The notes below the pieces were generated by a model. It worked only from the letters and a program-made list of their open reading frames with translations, was not told where the DNA came from and made no database searches. A DNA stretch of 64,000 nucleotides from Candidatus Sericytochromatia bacterium S15B-MN24 CBMW_12 (GTDB taxonomy: Bacteria; Cyanobacteriota; Sericytochromatia; S15B-MN24; UBA4093), in assembly GCA_002083825.1 (NCBI GenBank), contig DAZV01000039.1, positions 9,733 through 73,732 of the forward strand. Reading direction: 5' to 3'. The position numbers were made by a program, and so were the translations under genes. This document shows, piece after piece, positions 8,704 to 18,672 of the stretch (positions are counted from its first letter, which is position 1; each line of letters begins with the position of its first letter).

Positions 8704-11310
8704 TTGTCCGCCAAGGAAGTCGTCGTCGTCCCCCATACGCACTGGGATCGTGAGTGGTACCGTACTTATCAGGAGTTTCGCCTGAGACTGGTCGAAACGG
8801 TCGATCGGGTCATCGAACTCCTGGAGACGGATCGTCTCCCTTTCTTCTTGCTCGATGGTCAGACCATCATGCTCACCGATTACCTCGCGATCAAGCCCGA
8901 TCGCCGCGAGACGATCGCTCGCCTCATCCGCGAGGGACGCCTGGGAATCGGTCCCTGGTACATCCTGCCCGATGAATTCCTGGTGAGCGGAGAAGCGCTC
9001 ATCCGGAATCTCCTGATGGGTCGCCGCATCATGAAGGCTTTCGGCCAAGAGGAGGCCGTCGGCTATCTTCCCGACATGTTCGGCCACGTCGCGCAGATCC
9101 CTCAGATCCTGCTCGGCTTCGACATGGACCAGGCCGTCGTCTGGCGCGGTGTCGACCCCGAGACCGAGCGCTTCTGGTGGCGCGCCCCTTCCGGTCACCG
9201 CATCCAGACCACCTTCCTGCCCACGGGCTACTGCAATATCTTCCTCTGGGAGCGACTGCCCCTCGAACGCCGGCTCGAAGCCTTCCAGAGCTTCCTGGCC
9301 GAGCATCATCATGACCGCGTGTTGCTGCTTTCCGGCTGCGACCACATCGCCCCCAACGCCGACCTGCCCACCATCATCGACGCGATCCAGGCCCGCTGGC
9401 CGGAAGGCAAGATTCGCCTGGGCAAGGTCCACGAAGCCCTGAGCGCCGGCGGCCAGCCGCCGACCCAGGAGATTGCGGGAGAGCTTCGCCAGGGCGGTCG
9501 CGCCTACCTCCTTCCCGATGTCCTCTCGGCCCGGATGTACCTCAAACAAGCCAACGCCGACTGCCAGAACCTCTGGCAAAACCTCGTGGAGCCGCTGACC
9601 GCCCTTGCATGGGCCATGGGAGCCCCCTACGAGGACGGCTTCTGGCAAGAAGGCTGGGATTTGCTCTTGCAAAACCAGCCCCACGACTCGATTTGCGGCT
9701 GCTCGATCGACGAGGTTCACCGCGAAATGCTCTCCCGCTTCTCGCAGGTCAAGGATCTCGGCGAAACCCTGATCCATCGCGCGCTCTTCGCCCTGGCCCC
9801 CGCCGGCGAGAACCCCGGTGTCGTGGCCTACAACCCGACCGGCTGGGAACGCTCCGAATGGATTAGTGCCGATATCGACTGGCCTCTGTCCGGCATCAAC
9901 GGCCAGGAGGCTGCTCCCGAGACCGTCCACCTGGTGGACGAGGACGGAAAACCTGTCCCGTGCTTCGTCTCCAACGCCGAGGACACCGAGTCCTTCTACT
10001 CTGACATCGATCTCTTCCCGAACTGGTACAAGGTCCGCAAGTACCGCCTGCATTTCCTTGCGAGCGAACTTCCCGCCTTCGGTGTCCAGCGCTTCATGTT
10101 GCGCGAAGGGGCCCCTCAGCCAGCGGAATTCGCCCTGGCCGCCGTGGCCAGCGTGATCGAGAACGAGCACCTTCGCCTCGGCGTCAGGGACGGAAAGGTC
10201 GTCATGGAGGACCGGGACACCGGCGCCTTCTACGGGGATCTCATCCGTTTCATCGACGAGGGCGATGCCGGAGACGAGTATAACTACTCGCCGCCTCCCC
10301 AGGATCGCATCGTCGCGAGCCGCCTGATCAACTGGTGGACCGAGCGCGGTCATTCCGCCGAGGCGGTCCTCGTCCTCGAACACCTCATGAACCTTCCCCA
10401 GTCCCTCAGCGATGACCGCCTGGCCCGCAGCCAATCGACCATCCTGACCAAGCTCAAGACGCGCTTGACCCTGAGGCCCGGCATGCGCTCGGTCCAGGCC
10501 GAGACCGTCTTCGATAATCAGGTCCAGGATCATCGCCTCCGCGTGCTTTGCGGAACCGGCCTCAAGCAGGATGTCCGGGTCTGGTCGGAGAACCAGTTCT
10601 GGGTTGCCGAACGTGAGGCGACCACCCGCATTCACCAACTTCCGGTCGAGCCGCTCAAGGAGTACGTCGCCACGACCTTCCCTCAGCAGACCTGGAGCGC
10701 CGTCGAGGGCGACTGGGGCCTGATGGTCTCCAACGTCGGCCTTCCCGAGGCCGAGGTGGTTCAGACCGAAGGGACGTGGGCGCTCGCCATGACCCTGATC
10801 CGGGCCGTGGGCTGGCTCTCCCGCGACGACCTCCGCACCCGCGGCGGCGGAGCGGGACCCCACTTCCAGACTCCCGACGCCCAGTGCCAAGGCGAGCAAC
10901 GTTTCACTTACGCCTTCGCCCCTTATCGCGACCACTGGATGTCGGCCCAACCGCATGCGGTGGCTGCGGTGATGCCCATCCGAACCTTGAGCTTCGGCGG
11001 CGAACGGGCCGTACTGGCGGGGAATCGCTCCCTGCCCCATGGCTGGCTGGATCTTGCCGACGAGCGCCTGGTCGTGACGGCCGTCAAACGCGCCGAGGGC
11101 GGAGACGGTCTGATCGTCCGCCTCTATAACCCGACGGAGCGTGCCATCGAAACCTCGCTGGCAATCGGCTTGCCCCACCAGGGAATTGCGCTGGCGAACA
11201 TGCTCGAGCAGCCTGTCAGGGAACTGGGAACCTCGCCCCTGTCCCTGCCCGTCGGCTCCGGGGAAATCATCACCCTGTTCATCCGAATCGGCGGGGAACG
11301 CCCCGCCTAG
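8704..11310 (+). CDS. glycoside hydrolase family 38 (alpha-mannosidase / mannosylglycerate hydrolase-like)
   Basis: GH38 N-terminal signature 'VVVPHTHWDREWY' and 'GPWYILPDEF'. 868 aa. TTG start with an AAAGGAGGGG RBS. Confidence 0.9.
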   Translation: MSAKEVVVVPHTHWDREWYRTYQEFRLRLVETVDRVIELLETDRLPFFLLDGQTIMLTDYLAIKPDRRETIARLIREGRLGIGPWYILPDEFLVSGEALIRNLLMGRRIMKAFGQEEAVGYLPDMFGHVAQIPQILLGFDMDQAVVWRGVDPETERFWWRAPSGHRIQTTFLPTGYCNIFLWERLPLERRLEAFQSFLAEHHHDRVLLLSGCDHIAPNADLPTIIDAIQARWPEGKIRLGKVHEALSAGGQPPTQEIAGELRQGGRAYLLPDVLSARMYLKQANADCQNLWQNLVEPLTALAWAMGAPYEDGFWQEGWDLLLQNQPHDSICGCSIDEVHREMLSRFSQVKDLGETLIHRALFALAPAGENPGVVAYNPTGWERSEWISADIDWPLSGINGQEAAPETVHLVDEDGKPVPCFVSNAEDTESFYSDIDLFPNWYKVRKYRLHFLASELPAFGVQRFMLREGAPQPAEFALAAVASVIENEHLRLGVRDGKVVMEDRDTGAFYGDLIRFIDEGDAGDEYNYSPPPQDRIVASRLINWWTERGHSAEAVLVLEHLMNLPQSLSDDRLARSQSTILTKLKTRLTLRPGMRSVQAETVFDNQVQDHRLRVLCGTGLKQDVRVWSENQFWVAEREATTRIHQLPVEPLKEYVATTFPQQTWSAVEGDWGLMVSNVGLPEAEVVQTEGTWALAMTLIRAVGWLSRDDLRTRGGGAGPHFQTPDAQCQGEQRFTYAFAPYRDHWMSAQPHAVAAVMPIRTLSFGGERAVLAGNRSLPHGWLDLADERLVVTAVKRAEGGDGLIVRLYNPTERAIETSLAIGLPHQGIALANMLEQPVRELGTSPLSLPVGSGEIITLFIRIGGERPA

Positions 11311-11438
11311 ACCTCCCGCGGGGCCGCCTCGACCGAGGCGGCCCCGACCGTCATAGTCAGGAGTTGCGGAGCTACACGGATGCTCGTGCCCGATGGATCG
11401 GGTAGAATCAGTCCGTTTCGATCACGAAGGGGGGCGTC

Positions 11439-12362
11439 ATGCGGCGAGGGTTCTGGCTTCTTGCCCTGGGTCTGGGGCTCGCCTTCGCCGTCACGGCGCA
11501 AGGGCAACCGCCCCTCGCACAAACCTCCTCGCGCGTCTCCGGTGATCGAGCATGGAAGCATCTCAACGCCCAGGTCAACCATGGCCCCCGCGTGCCGGGA
11601 TCCCTCGGACACGCCAAAACCCTCGCCTACCTGGAAGCGGAATTGCGGCGGGCCGGAGGCCGCGTCACGGTGGATCGCTTCACCGTGCGCCTCGAGGGCA
11701 AGTCCTATGCGATGGCCAACCTCTACGCCGACTTCGGTCCGACTGCACCTGATGGCTTACAGGGGGGCATGTTGGCGGCCCACTGGGATACGCGCCCCGT
11801 CGCCGACCATGATCCCGAGCCCGCGAATCGCGCCCAGCCCATTCCCGGGGCCAACGATGGCGCCTCGGGGACTGCGGTCCTGCTCGAGATCGCCCGGGTC
11901 CTGGGCGAAACTCCCCCTCAAACCCCCCTCCGAATCGCCTTCTGGGACGGGGAAGATCTCGGAACGACCGATGCCACGATGTTCTACGGGTCCCGCTTCT
12001 ACGTCCGGAACCGCCCCCTCCCTCGCTGGGGCATCCTGCTCGACATGGTGGGAGACCGCGATCTGGTGATTCCGCAGGAGGGCTATTCGGCTCACCACGC
12101 CCCTGAACTCACCCGGCGCATCTGGGATGCCGCCAAGCTGCTGGGATACGCTTCTTATTTCCCGCGAAGGGAAGGCCCCGCCATCAATGACGACCATCTT
12201 CCCTTCCTGGGCGCGGGGGTGCCTTTCGTGGATCTGATCGATTTCGACTACCCCTACTGGCATACGCTGGGCGACAAGCCCGAGCGCTGCTCAGCGAAGA
12301 GCCTGGAGATCGTCGGCAACGTCGTCCTGCATGTCGTTCGCGAGTTGGATCGTCAGAAGTGA
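11439..12362 (+). CDS. M28-family peptidase / glutaminyl-peptide cyclotransferase-like, secreted
   Basis: Signal peptide 'MRRGFWLLALGLGLAFAVTAQG'. Metal-ligand-type motifs 'AAHWDTRP', 'GANDGASGTAVLLE', 'FWDGEDLG' and a C-terminal 'DDHLPF...YWHT'. Confidence 0.8.
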   Translation: MRRGFWLLALGLGLAFAVTAQGQPPLAQTSSRVSGDRAWKHLNAQVNHGPRVPGSLGHAKTLAYLEAELRRAGGRVTVDRFTVRLEGKSYAMANLYADFGPTAPDGLQGGMLAAHWDTRPVADHDPEPANRAQPIPGANDGASGTAVLLEIARVLGETPPQTPLRIAFWDGEDLGTTDATMFYGSRFYVRNRPLPRWGILLDMVGDRDLVIPQEGYSAHHAPELTRRIWDAAKLLGYASYFPRREGPAINDDHLPFLGAGVPFVDLIDFDYPYWHTLGDKPERCSAKSLEIVGNVVLHVVRELDRQK

Positions 12363-12369
12363 GTAAGCC

Positions 12370-13053
12370 ATGCGCGTCTTGATCGTCGAGGACGAACAGG
12401 AACTTGCAGCGGCGTTGCGTGAGGCCATGGAGAGCATCGGTCATGCGGTTGACCTGGCGCCCGACGCGGAGCTTGCCGAGGAGTTCCTGGCGGCTTATCC
12501 GTACGATCTGGCGATTCTCGACGTCATGCTCCCGCGGCGATCGGGTCTCGACGTCTGCCGGTTTGCCCGGGCGCGCAAGCTGGACTTGCCCATCCTCATG
12601 CTCACCGCCCGCGATACCCTCGCCGACAAGGTCGCGGGGCTCGACGCGGGGGCGGATGACTACCTGGTCAAACCCTTCGAACTCGCCGAGTTGCTCGCGC
12701 GGGTTCGCGCGCTTCTGCGCCGCCACTCCCCTCGCAAGGATGCGGTATTGCGGGTGGGGGATCTCTCGCTCGACCCGGCAAGCGGCGAGGTCCTGAGGGG
12801 CGGAACTCCCATCCGGCTGGCACGCAAGGAGCGGGCACTTCTGGAGGTCTTGATGCGCAATGCCGGTCGGATCGTGCCGCGCGCCCGGATTCTCGAGCAT
12901 CTCTGGGACATGGACGCGGAACCGGATCCGGAAGTCATCCGGGCGCATGTCAAGCTGCTCCGCAGGGCGATCTCCGATCGACACGAGCCTCGCCTGATCG
13001 AAACCGTCCATGGCGTCGGGTACCGGATGAACGCGGATGTTCAGGACGCTTAA
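12370..13053 (+). CDS. OmpR-family response regulator
   Basis: Receiver domain 'MRVLIVEDE...DLAILDVMLP...LTAR' and a winged-helix output domain ending 'IETVHGVGYRM'. Confidence 0.92.
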   Translation: MRVLIVEDEQELAAALREAMESIGHAVDLAPDAELAEEFLAAYPYDLAILDVMLPRRSGLDVCRFARARKLDLPILMLTARDTLADKVAGLDAGADDYLVKPFELAELLARVRALLRRHSPRKDAVLRVGDLSLDPASGEVLRGGTPIRLARKERALLEVLMRNAGRIVPRARILEHLWDMDAEPDPEVIRAHVKLLRRAISDRHEPRLIETVHGVGYRMNADVQDA

Positions 13054-14257
13054 ACGCCGGCTGACCGGCTTCTACCTCCTGGTGCTCGTTACGTTGCTGG
13101 CCCTCTACGGAGTTGGCGCCTATTCGCTCTTTCGCTTCTCGACGATCGACGGCCTCGACCACCTCAATGCGCGGATGATCGCTCCGGTCGTCGCCGAGTT
13201 CAACCAAGAGCACGAGGGCTACGCCGAGGTGATCCACGAGCTTGCCGAGGTGGCCATCGGTGAGCGTGAGCATCTCGCACTCTTGACCCGCACGGGGCGG
13301 GTGCTCTATGCCCGGGGCGTCCAGCTCGATCCCGAGCCCGAGCTTCATCCGGGCGCGTTCGCCCTCGGCGGGGCCGATCCCATGCGCCTCCTGGTTCTTC
13401 CCCTGCAACGGGACGGGGAAACGATAGGCTATCTGCGGGTCGGGCAATCACTGCTCGAGCCCGAGCGCGCCATGGCGACCCTGGCCTGGGGCCTGGCGGC
13501 ACTGACGCCGCTTGCCATCGGGCTGGCTTACATCGGAGGAAGCTGGCTCGCGGGACGGGCGGTCAAACCCGTCGAGGACGCCTTCGAGCGGGAGCGCCAG
13601 TTCACCCGGGACGCCTCGCACGAACTGAGGACTCCGCTCGCGGTCCTGCTGGCCCATGCGCAGCTCGCGCTCTCCGATCCCGAGATCCCGGACGGAGCGC
13701 GCGCCAAGCTCCAGATCATCGAGCGATGCGCGCGGAGCATGTCCGTCATGGTCGGGGATCTCTTGACCTTGGGGCGGGCCGATTTCGGAAACCAGGACGC
13801 GGGGGTGGCGTTCTCGCTGGAGGAACTGGTGGAGGAAGAGGTCGAAAGTCTGCTACCGCTCGCCACGGAGCGAGGCATGACCTTGGCTTTCACGTCGGTA
13901 GCCGAGCGATCATGGGTTAACGGCGATCCCGCGCGGATCGCGCAGGCCGTGAGGAATCTGCTCGACAACGCCATGCGTTACGCCCCCGGGGGCTCCCGGA
14001 TCGAGGTTTGCTTGCGGGAGCGTGGCGGGCGATTGGCCTTGACCGTGGCCGATTTCGGGGCGGGGATTCCCTTGGATCAGCAGGAGCGGATCTTCGAACG
14101 CTTCGTGAGGTTGGACGAGGCCCGCAGGGTGAATCCCGCGGGATCCGGGCTCGGACTGGCCATATCGCGGGCGGTGGCGCGCGCCCACGGGGGGGATCTG
14201 ACCCTCGAGTCCCAGGCGGGGCGAACGGTCTTCACGCTTTCGATTCCGACGGTCTGA
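13037..14257 (+). CDS. sensor histidine kinase (two TM segments, HisKA + HATPase_c)
   Basis: H-box 'FTRDASHELRTPL', N-box 'NLLDNAMRYAP', G-boxes 'DFGAGIP' and 'GSGLGLAISR'. It overlaps the regulator gene by 17 nt. Confidence 0.9.
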   Translation: MFRTLKRRLTGFYLLVLVTLLALYGVGAYSLFRFSTIDGLDHLNARMIAPVVAEFNQEHEGYAEVIHELAEVAIGEREHLALLTRTGRVLYARGVQLDPEPELHPGAFALGGADPMRLLVLPLQRDGETIGYLRVGQSLLEPERAMATLAWGLAALTPLAIGLAYIGGSWLAGRAVKPVEDAFERERQFTRDASHELRTPLAVLLAHAQLALSDPEIPDGARAKLQIIERCARSMSVMVGDLLTLGRADFGNQDAGVAFSLEELVEEEVESLLPLATERGMTLAFTSVAERSWVNGDPARIAQAVRNLLDNAMRYAPGGSRIEVCLRERGGRLALTVADFGAGIPLDQQERIFERFVRLDEARRVNPAGSGLGLAISRAVARAHGGDLTLESQAGRTVFTLSIPTV

Positions 14258-14327
14258 GATTTCAGGTTTTTTTCACAAGGGCCCCTTATTCTGGAACTCG
14301 ACTCTTGTTATTCAAAGGGAGGATGAG

Positions 14328-14621
14328 ATGGGAAAGTACGGGCTCTCTCTGCTGCTGAGTGCGTTCATGGTCGCGACTCCGGCACTTGCGAGCGATCGGT
14401 CGGGTGACTGGGCGCTGGAAGCCTTGGCTGAGCAGGTGACGATCACTCCCGCTCAGGCCGTGAAGGCGGCGAAGGCGGTGGAGAAGGGGCGGGTGAAAGA
14501 GGTTTGTCTCAAGGCTCATCAAGGCCGTCCCGTCTACGAGGTTGAGCTTGAAGGGGACATCGAGGTCATGGTCGATGCGCGGACGGGCAAGGTCATCCCG
14601 CGCCCGGCCCGAAGAAACTAG
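14328..14621 (+). CDS. PepSY-domain secreted protein
   Basis: Signal peptide followed by a PepSY-like 'AVKAAKAVEKGRVKEVCLKAHQGRPVYEVELEGDIEVMVDARTGKVI'. GGGAGG RBS. It lies downstream of the two-component pair. Confidence 0.75.
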   Translation: MGKYGLSLLLSAFMVATPALASDRSGDWALEALAEQVTITPAQAVKAAKAVEKGRVKEVCLKAHQGRPVYEVELEGDIEVMVDARTGKVIPRPARRN

Positions 14622-14677
14622 GAAGCTTGAAAACCAAGGGAATTCAGAGGCGAACGGAAGTATAAGGAAGGCACGAG

Positions 14678-15166
14678 ATGAGTAAGCTGCAAGAAACATG
14701 GATTCGCGAGCGGTTTCCGCAACTGGTGGGGCTGATGGTGGTCGGGGGCTTCGCCCTGATCCTCGCGGAACTGCTCTTGATGGATCATACCGAGAAGACC
14801 CAGAAGATCGGCGTTTTGATGACGGTCGTCGGGATGCTGGGCGCGGGCCTGGGGCTCGTGGTCGGTCCCCGGTTTCGCAAGGCGCTCTTGGGCGTCTTGG
14901 TGCTGGTGGCGGCAAGCGGATTGTTCGGAACGTACGAGCATCTGGAGGAAGCGCAGGAGCACCGGGAGAAGGCGGCTAAGCGCCAGCAGAGCACCCTGGT
15001 GGTTCGGAAGGCGGATTTCGACCGTTCGGCCTCGCTCGAGTCCGAGGCGGGCGAGCATGACAAGGAAGAGAAGGAGGAGTCCGGTCCGCCACCGCTCGCT
15101 CCCTTGGGCGTGAGCGGCCTGGCGGTGCTGGGGGGGCTGGCTCTGATGGCGCGTAAGGCGGCGTAA
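14678..15166 (+). CDS. hypothetical membrane protein
   Basis: Three to four hydrophobic helices and a charged central segment. AAGGAAGG RBS. Confidence 0.6.
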   Translation: MSKLQETWIRERFPQLVGLMVVGGFALILAELLLMDHTEKTQKIGVLMTVVGMLGAGLGLVVGPRFRKALLGVLVLVAASGLFGTYEHLEEAQEHREKAAKRQQSTLVVRKADFDRSASLESEAGEHDKEEKEESGPPPLAPLGVSGLAVLGGLALMARKAA

Positions 15167-15178
15167 CCGGCGCCTCCC

Positions 15179-15442
15179 CTAGGCTTGCGACGATCTTGCC
15201 AGGATCGACTTCTCGACGAAGTCTACCAGGGCCTCGACGGTGGCCACCTGGCGCATCTGGTCGTCCTCGATGAAGAGGTCGAACTCATTCTCGAGGGCCA
15301 CGGTGATCTCGGCGATGTTGATGGACTCGGCGCCCAGGTCCCGCACGATGTGTGCGTCCGGGCGAAGGGTGGTCGAGTCTTCGATCATGAGCACGTCGGC
15401 CAGGATGGCGACGATCTGGGTTTGTAACGCGGTGCGATCCAT
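15179..15442 (-). CDS. acyl carrier protein (free-standing)
   Basis: 87 aa, acidic. The phosphopantetheine-site motif 'DLGAESINIAEI' has Glu-Ser in place of the usual Asp-Ser. Start trimmed to MDRTALQ with an AGGAGG RBS. It is the last gene of the lipid operon. Confidence 0.8.
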   Translation of the reverse strand: MDRTALQTQIVAILADVLMIEDSTTLRPDAHIVRDLGAESINIAEITVALENEFDLFIEDDQMRQVATVEALVDFVEKSILARSSQA

Positions 15443-15453
15443 GGGGCAGCCTC

Positions 15454-16887
15454 CTAGAAAGACCATAAAGGGGAGCGACGGGGGGGACGAATCCGGGCGG
15501 GGGCCGCCTGCAAGGCCTCGAGGGATGTGATGAGCTCCCGCCGGGTATGCCGGGGATCGATGACCGCGTCGACGATCCCGGCTCGCTGGGCGGCATAGGC
15601 GTCCGACGGGACGCGTCGAAGACCCTCCAGGGCCTCCTTGCGGAAGGCGTCGGGGGCCTCATGAGTCAGGAATTCCTTGCCATGCAGGATGGCGAAGCTG
15701 GCCTCGGCGCCCGCGATGCCGATCTGGGCCGTTGGGTAGGCGAGGACCCTATCCCCTCCTGCTTGCTTGGCCTGCAGCATGACGAAGGCACCTCCGAAGC
15801 ACTTCCGAACGATCAAGGCGATACGGGGCACGTCCGTGTCGACGGCATGAAACAGGACTCCTCCGGCCGATAGGATGGCGGCCTGCTCTTGCTCGACGCT
15901 CACCATGATGCCCGGTACGTCGACCAGGTAGAAGAGCGGCAAGCCATGGGCGTCGCAAAGCCGCACGAAGCGGCTGGCCTTACGGATGGCCTCCACGTCG
16001 AGGGCGCCGCCGCGCACCTTGGACTGGTTGGCGACGAGGCCCACGGGGTGACCGTCGAGTCGGGCGACGCCTACGACGATCGGCTCGCCCCAGGAGCGGT
16101 GGACCTCCATGAACGATCCCCCGTCGAAGATGGCCTCGATCAGGCCCCGGACGTCGTAGGGGACAAAGGGGCTCTTGGGGACGACGGCTTCGATTTCCGC
16201 GCCGGAGGGTGGCACGGGCTCGCGACGGTCCCTTGACAGGTAGCCGAGCATGGAGCGCAGCTCGGCGATGCAGGAGGCGTCGTCATCGGCCAGGAAGTGC
16301 GCGACCCCGCTCTTGGCAGCATGCATGGAGGCCCCGCCGAGCTCGTTGAGGTTCACTCGCTGCCCGGTCGCGACCCTGATGACCGAAGGACTGGTGGTGA
16401 AGGTGTAGCTCTCGCCGGGAATCATCCAGACCAGATCCGCGAGGGCCGCGATGTAGGCGGGGACCCCTGAACAGAGCCCCATGCAGGCCGTGAGCTGGGG
16501 TGCCACCCCGGAGTGCCGCGTGAGGGACAGGAACAGCTCGGCATTCCCCCCCAGAGAGCCATAGCCCTCGGAGACCCGGGCGCCGTTAGACTGCAAGAGG
16601 GCCACCACCGGCAGCCGTTTTCGGGACGCGCGCTCCAGCAACGTGATGATGCTGCGGGTCTCGGCGATTCCTAGCGTGCCTTCCTCGACCAGGTAGTTGC
16701 TCGCATAGGCCAGCGCCGGGCGCCCTTCCACGGTACCTTCGGCCGTCACGACGGCCTGCTTCCATGCCTCGTCCCAGTTCGGGGCGTTCAACAATGCCAG
16801 GGATCCCTCGTCGAACAGGGCCTTCAGACGATCCTCGAACGAGAGCTGTCCCAGTCGCTTCAGTTTGGTCAGATAGCGTGCTTTCAA
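15454..16887 (-). CDS. acyl-CoA carboxylase carboxyltransferase (AccD/PccB beta-subunit family)
   Basis: 477 aa with a two-lobed carboxyl-transferase layout ('VVALLQSNGARVSEG...', 'GGASMHAAKSGVAHF', 'VGLVANQSKVRGGALDVEA', 'KCFGGAFVM'). TTG start 7 nt after AGGAGG. Confidence 0.85.
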   Translation of the reverse strand: MKARYLTKLKRLGQLSFEDRLKALFDEGSLALLNAPNWDEAWKQAVVTAEGTVEGRPALAYASNYLVEEGTLGIAETRSIITLLERASRKRLPVVALLQSNGARVSEGYGSLGGNAELFLSLTRHSGVAPQLTACMGLCSGVPAYIAALADLVWMIPGESYTFTTSPSVIRVATGQRVNLNELGGASMHAAKSGVAHFLADDDASCIAELRSMLGYLSRDRREPVPPSGAEIEAVVPKSPFVPYDVRGLIEAIFDGGSFMEVHRSWGEPIVVGVARLDGHPVGLVANQSKVRGGALDVEAIRKASRFVRLCDAHGLPLFYLVDVPGIMVSVEQEQAAILSAGGVLFHAVDTDVPRIALIVRKCFGGAFVMLQAKQAGGDRVLAYPTAQIGIAGAEASFAILHGKEFLTHEAPDAFRKEALEGLRRVPSDAYAAQRAGIVDAVIDPRHTRRELITSLEALQAAPARIRPPRRSPLWSF

Positions 16888-16898
16888 GTCGCGTCCTC

Positions 16899-17912
16899 CT
16901 ACAGCACGAGCGCGACGGCACCGGCCGTGTAGCCGCCGCCGGCCGCCGTGAGCACCAGGCGATCGCCCTTCTTGATTCGACCGGCATCCGAGGCCAGCTT
17001 CAGAGACAGGGGGATGGTGGCGCTCGAGCAGTTCCCCGTGCGCTGGATGAACTCGGCGCAGCGATCGGGGGGAACGCCGAGTTCATCCCGGATGGCCCGG
17101 ATCATTCCCAGGTTCGCCTGATGGGGAACGAGGTAGTCCACGTCATCCAGGCGCCAGCCGGCCATCTCCATGACCTCCCGGGCACAACGCACCATCGTCT
17201 CGGTCGCCCGCTCGAAGATCTCGCGGCCGTCCTTCATTTCCATGTACTGCCGCCCCGAGGCCAGGCGTTCCGGGGTCAAGGGGAGCCTGGAGCCGCCACC
17301 GGGAATGGTCACGTTGCGCGTCCCCGCCCCATCGGCATAGAGGACCATGGCCTGGAGGCCTTCGGTGCGCGATGGCTCGCGGGAGACGAGCAAGGCGCCC
17401 CCCGCGGCGTCGCCGTAGATGGGCAGGATGCGCCCCTCCCGGGGGTTGATCTGGCGCGAGCGGATCTCGCTCGCGAGCACCAGCACCCGATCCTCGCCGG
17501 TCATGAGCGCCCGGCTCGCGGCTTCGATGGCGTAGAGAAAGCCCGAACATGCGGCCGAGACGTCGTAGGCGGGGTACGTGCAGCCCGGCTCCAGGCGATC
17601 CTGGACGGCGCAGGCCGTCGAGGGCATGATCCAGTCTCCCGAGGTGGTGGACACGATCAGGCGATCGAGTTCATGGGCACGGATGCCCGCCCGATTCAGG
17701 ATCCGGCTGGCCGCCTCGAAGGCCAGGTCGGAGGCGGCCTGGTCCGCGGCGGCCCAGCGGCGCTCCTCGACGCCGATTCGCCCGCGGATCCAGGACTCGG
17801 TGACGGGCAGGCCGAACTCCGCTATCAGATCCCGGTTGGTGACGACGCGCGCAGGCCAGTAGGCGTCGAGCGCCGCCAGTCCGACGCGCCCTTCAACGTT
17901 CAGCCTGGCCAT
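16899..17912 (-). CDS. 3-oxoacyl-ACP synthase III (KASIII/FabH-like), paralogue 1
   Basis: Cys/His/Asn triad contexts 'DVSAACSGFLYA', 'LVPHQANLGMI', 'GNCSSATIP'. Start trimmed to MARLNVEG with a GGGAGG RBS. It overlaps the SDR gene end. Confidence 0.85.
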   Translation of the reverse strand: MARLNVEGRVGLAALDAYWPARVVTNRDLIAEFGLPVTESWIRGRIGVEERRWAAADQAASDLAFEAASRILNRAGIRAHELDRLIVSTTSGDWIMPSTACAVQDRLEPGCTYPAYDVSAACSGFLYAIEAASRALMTGEDRVLVLASEIRSRQINPREGRILPIYGDAAGGALLVSREPSRTEGLQAMVLYADGAGTRNVTIPGGGSRLPLTPERLASGRQYMEMKDGREIFERATETMVRCAREVMEMAGWRLDDVDYLVPHQANLGMIRAIRDELGVPPDRCAEFIQRTGNCSSATIPLSLKLASDAGRIKKGDRLVLTAAGGGYTAGAVALVL

Positions 17913-18672
17913 CGGCCGCCTCCCGGATGTACATGGCCGACAGAGGGTTGCCGAGATGCAGCCCGCCATCCACCCGTAGCGTCTCTCCGGTGATGAAGGA
18001 GGCCTGGGGTGAAGCCAAGAAAGCGACGGCGTTGGCCACGTCCATGGGATCTCCCAGCCGTCGAACGGCCGAGGCCAGGGCGAATCGTCGAGCCTTGGCC
18101 TTCCCGAAGAGTTCCAGGCGTTCGGTGAGAACGGGACCCGGCTGGATGATGTTGGCCGTCAGACCATGGGGCGAGTAGTCGATCGCGAGGTTCCGGATCA
18201 GGCCTTCCATGGCGGCCTTCGAGGCGCAGTAGGCGGGCCCGTAGGCCTCTCCCAGGGAGGCTGCGAGCGAGCTGATGGCGATGATCCGGCCCCATCGCCG
18301 CTCCAGCATGCCCGGGATCACCGCCGCGCTGAGACTGGCCGCGGCGAAGAAGTTCACTTCCATGACCCGGCGCAGCGTTTCCATGCCCCCCTTCAGGAAG
18401 GGCGCCAGTTCGGGGGGATGGGCGGCGTTGTGGACCAGGATGTCGACATGGCCGATCTCGGCGAGAATGGACTCGACCGCGCCCTCGCAAGCGAGGTCCG
18501 CGACGAACGTGCGAACTCCGCCTCCGGACCGGGCCTCGAGCGCCGCGAGGCGATCACCTCGGCGTCCCACTCCGACCACGCGGGCCCCCGCCGTTTCGAG
18601 CGCCAGGGCGATCGCCGCTCCCATGTCGCTCGTGGCCCCGGTGACGAGCGCTACCTTCCCGTTCAGGTTCAT
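17893..18672 (-). CDS. SDR-family oxidoreductase (3-oxoacyl reductase-like)
   Basis: 'GKVALVTGATSDMGAAIA' Rossmann motif and the 'YCASKAA' YxxxK motif. The ATG at 18672 forms an ATGA overlap with the upstream stop. Confidence 0.85.
   Translation of the reverse strand: MNLNGKVALVTGATSDMGAAIALALETAGARVVGVGRRGDRLAALEARSGGGVRTFVADLACEGAVESILAEIGHVDILVHNAAHPPELAPFLKGGMETLRRVMEVNFFAAASLSAAVIPGMLERRWGRIIAISSLAASLGEAYGPAYCASKAAMEGLIRNLAIDYSPHGLTANIIQPGPVLTERLELFGKAKARRFALASAVRRLGDPMDVANAVAFLASPQASFITGETLRVDGGLHLGNPLSAMYIREAADGQAER

Noticed and set aside
8650-11178. 842-aa minus-strand ORF
   Set aside because: It lies entirely antisense to the GH38 gene, whose product has clear family motifs. The antisense translation is Gly/Ala/Asp/Leu/Arg-rich with no motifs. 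This is a typical high-GC shadow ORF.
16764-17993. 409-aa plus-strand ORF
   Set aside because: It is antisense to the KASIII gene and is Arg/Gly/Pro-rich with no domain.
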